64,000 nt of DNA, taken from assembly GCA_030264375.1 (NCBI GenBank), contig JASCQW010000119.1, forward strand, positions 56,312,408 through 56,376,407, given 5' to 3'. The notes below the pieces were generated by a model. It made no database searches. It saw only the letters and a program-made list of their open reading frames with translations, and was not told the origin of the DNA. Position numbers and translations under genes: made by a program. The DNA is from Carcharhinus longimanus (lineage: Eukaryota). Below are positions 60,990-64,000 of the stretch, piece after piece (the stretch's first letter is position 1; each line of letters starts with the position of its first letter).

Positions 60990-61500
60990 CATAAAATGTA
61001 AGAGCAGAATTAGGCCATTTGGCCCATCAAGTCTGCTCTGCCATTCAATCATGGCTGTTAAGTTTCTGAACTCCATTCCCTTGCCTTTTCCCCGTAATCT
61101 TTGATCTTTTTACCAATCAAGAACCCTATCTTAAATACACTCGATGACTTGGCCACCATAGCCTTCTGTTGCAATATGTTCCTCAAATTNNNNNNNNNNN
61201 NNNNNNNNNNNNNNNNNNNNNNNNNNNNNNNNNNNNNNNNNNNNNNNNNNNNNNNNNNNNNNNNNNNNNNNNNNNNNNNNNNNNNNNNNCTATCTTAAAT
61301 ACACTCGATGACTTGGCCACCATAGCCTTCTGTGGCAATATGTTCCTCAAATTCACCACCTTCTGGCTGAAGAAATTCCTCCTCATCTCGGTTCTAAAGG
61401 GTTGTCCCTTTACTCTGAGGCTGTGTCCTCAGATCCTAGTCTCTCCGACTAATGGAAACATCTTCCCCATGTCCACTCTAACCAGGCCTTTCAGTATTCT
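60990..61500 (-). mobile_element. CR1 3' end, split by a 100-N gap
   Basis: MRRNFFSQKVVNLRNILPQKAMVAKSSSVFK on -; aggccatttggcccatcaagtctgctctgccattcaatcatggctg. Confidence 0.88.
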
Positions 61501-61708
61501 GAGAGATGTGCCTCCATGTTGAAGTGCCCTCTATTTTGTTTACCCTCCAATACAGTCTGCTGCTGCTTTCAAGTTGGAAGGCCTCTCATTAGATCTTCAC
61601 TTTTGAGAACCCATGCACACCCCTAACTAGATAATTAACCCATGCTAATTGAGAGGGTGTCCTGTGAAAATCCCAGTCAGTGACGATTTGTCCATGGGGA
61701 CATGCACA

Positions 61709-62033
61709 ATCATAGAATAGGATCCCTACAGTACAGAAGGAATCCATTCAGCCCATCGAGTCTGTACTGATCACAATCCCACCAAGACCCTATTCCTGTA
61801 ACCTCACATATTTACCCTGCTAATCCCCTGACACGAGGGTCAATTTAACATGGCCAATCAACCTAACCCGCACATCTTTGGACTGTGGGAGGAAACCTGA
61901 GCACCTGGAGGAAACCCATTCAGACAGAGGGAGAACGTGCAAACTCCACACAGACAGTGACAGTGACCCGAGGCCAGAATTGAACCTGGGATCCTGGCAC
62001 TGTGAGGCAGCAGTGTTAACCCCTGTGCCACCC
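61709..62033 (-). mobile_element. HE1 V-SINE, tail A
   Basis: Full element on - strand. Confidence 0.92.
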
Positions 62034-62034
62034 G

Positions 62035-62240
62035 TTAAAGGACATTAGTGAACCAGATGGGTTTTTCCAACAATCGACAATGACTTCAAGGTCATCCATA
62101 GATCCCTAATTCCAGACTTTTTTTTATTGAATTCAAATTCAAATATCTGCCATGGCAAGATTTGAACCCAGGTCCCCAGAACATTAGCTGAGTTTCTGGA
62201 TTAATAGTCTAGCAATAATACTACTAGGCCATCGCCTCCT
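62035..62240 (-). mobile_element. SINE family C 5' half
   Basis: taaaggacattagtgaaccagatggg...tttgaacccaggtccccagaacattagctgag...ctaggccatcgcctcc. Confidence 0.85.
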
Positions 62241-63024
62241 ATAGGAGACCCAGAAAAAGCCCCATTGTCTGTTTCCTGTCCTGGAGGGAAAACCCAGACG
62301 CCTGTGTCTTCCCTAAGAGGACAGTGTATTCATTTTCAGGGACTGGTTGGTTAGTTGTATGTCAGAGAGGTGTTGCGCCAATATTAATGGATTGCGCAGA
62401 TGTGCCAACTTTGACATTGAAAGAATGTGAACTTAAGTGATAGAAAGGGCAAAACCACAAATTATTGTCGTCGCCTCAGGGATACAAGTTTATTTTTCTG
62501 TCTCACTGGATGATGTCTGCCTGAGGTAAATAGTAAATCTTCTTAACACCACACTCGGAAATCAAGGCCTTAAATCAATGTACTGTTAGTATTTGACTAG
62601 TATTGGACCCTGTGTTTGGTGGATACTTTGACAATGATATTTGCACCTTGTGAGTGCACCTTAATAAGGCTCAAACGCTCTTTCTGAATGGCATTTTTTT
62701 ACTCTGCTGCCTGGGATATTGGCCTCTCACTGAAAGCAGTGTAGTGGGGCGCGTGCTGTCAACTTGCACCTGAAGATGGCTGTCCAAGTCTTGCTGGAAA
62801 TTGTGCATCATCTACATGTGAATTGTGAAGAACAGTCAGGGGCATTGATAGAGATTGCTGGTGCGAGGCCTAGTAATCTCAACTGGCTTCAATCTGGGGA
62901 GGTGGTGGTGTGGTGGGGTTCTGAGGGGGTGTTGCGGAGGGGGGGAGGTAATATGGCGTTTAGTGTTCCTGTGCCTCCTGCTTCCACATTAAAGTAAATG
63001 AAAAATCAGAAATGATACAACAGG

Positions 63025-63370
63025 ATTTGAGCACAAAAATCGAGACTGACACTCTGGCACAGTACTGAAGAAGGGTGGCATTGTCAGAGGTGCCGCTCTT
63101 CAGATGAGACTTTAAACCTCCTGCCCTCTCAGGTAGATGTCAAACATTTTGGAGAAGAGCAGAGAGGCTATCCCTGCTGTCCAATATTTAATCCTTCAAT
63201 CAACATCACACAAAACATGACATTATCCAGTCATTATCACTTCAGTACATGTGGGGTCTTGCTGTGCACAAATTTGCCACGTTTCCCACTTTACAACAGT
63301 TACTTCAAAAGTACTTAATTGGCTGCAAATCACTTTGAGAAAGGTGCTATATAAATGCAAGGTTTTTTTT
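63025..63370 (+). mobile_element. SacSINE1-like Deu-SINE
   Basis: ttgagcacaaaaatcgagactgacact...cagtactga...gatgagactttaaacc...ccaatattta...aaaggtgctatataaatgcaag. Confidence 0.8.
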
Positions 63371-63524
63371 AATCTGTCNNNNNNNNNNNNNNNNNNNNNN
63401 NNNNNNNNNNNNNNNNNNNNNNNNNNNNNNNNNNNNNNNNNNNNNNNNNNNNNNNNNNNNNNNNNNNNNNNNNNNNNNNNNNNNNNNNNNNNNNNNNNNN
63501 NNNNNNNNNNNNNNNNNNNNNNNG

Positions 63525-63903
63525 CCTAAGTCCCCCTCTAGGGCTGGAGCACAAAAGTCAAGGCTGACTTACCAGTGCAGTACTGAGGGGGTTGTCAGAG
63601 GATTGTCCACCATTTGGATGCGATGTTAAACCGAGGCCTCATCTGCTTGCCCAAGTGGATGTAAAACATCCCATGGCACTATTTCAAGAGCAGAGGGAGC
63701 TTATCATGGCCAATATTTACCCTTCAAACAAGATCAGAAAAACTGATTATCTGCTCATTACCACATTGCTGTCGGCAAGAGCTTGCCAAGTACCTGTTAA
63801 CTGCCACGTTTCCTATATCACAATGGTGGCTACGCTTCAAAAGTACTTTGAGATGCCAGGTATTTGTGTAAAGCACTATAAGAATGCAAATATTTCTATC
63901 TTT
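63525..63903 (+). mobile_element. SacSINE1-like Deu-SINE
   Basis: gatgcgatgttaaaccgaggcctcatctgc...gtaaaacatcccatggcactatttcaagagcag (Deu domain). Confidence 0.82.
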
Positions 63904-64000
63904 TCATTAGCCTTGGGTTCTAAAACAGGCAGCAGACCCTCAAGTAGTGGCATATTGAAGGAACCTTACTCCTGTTTCTGGTCGATGTACCTAGGAACTT

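Overview
Eukaryotic, repeat-rich (roughly 40-45% GC by eye) vertebrate genomic DNA with many assembly gaps. The repeat content (HE1-type V-SINEs, SacSINE1-like Deu-SINEs, CR1, L2 and Rex1/Babar LINE relics, Penelope-like terminal fragments) points to a shark (elasmobranch). No intact protein-coding gene can be supported: the ORF track consists of decayed LINE frames, SINE-derived frames, gap artefacts and noise. A broad CpG-retaining domain (~5-13.5 kb) with TATA-like, G-quadruplex and strong 5' splice-donor signals looks like the promoter/first-exon region of an unidentified gene. The remaining ~50 kb looks intronic or intergenic, with TE relics and several enhancer-like unique stretches. Most notable observations: (1) a full-length, highly diverged, A-tailed U2 snRNA-derived element split by a SINE; (2) two HE1/V-SINE subfamilies sharing head and core but carrying different LINE-type tails (CR1-type versus Rex1-like); (3) minimal hammerhead-ribozyme motifs in Penelope-like fragments, including a foldback insertion with a TSD; (4) CpG gain in TE copies inside the promoter domain; (5) a ~175-bp locally templated inverted insertion. 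Family names are from recognition of consensus motifs, not from a database search. Boundaries are approximate.
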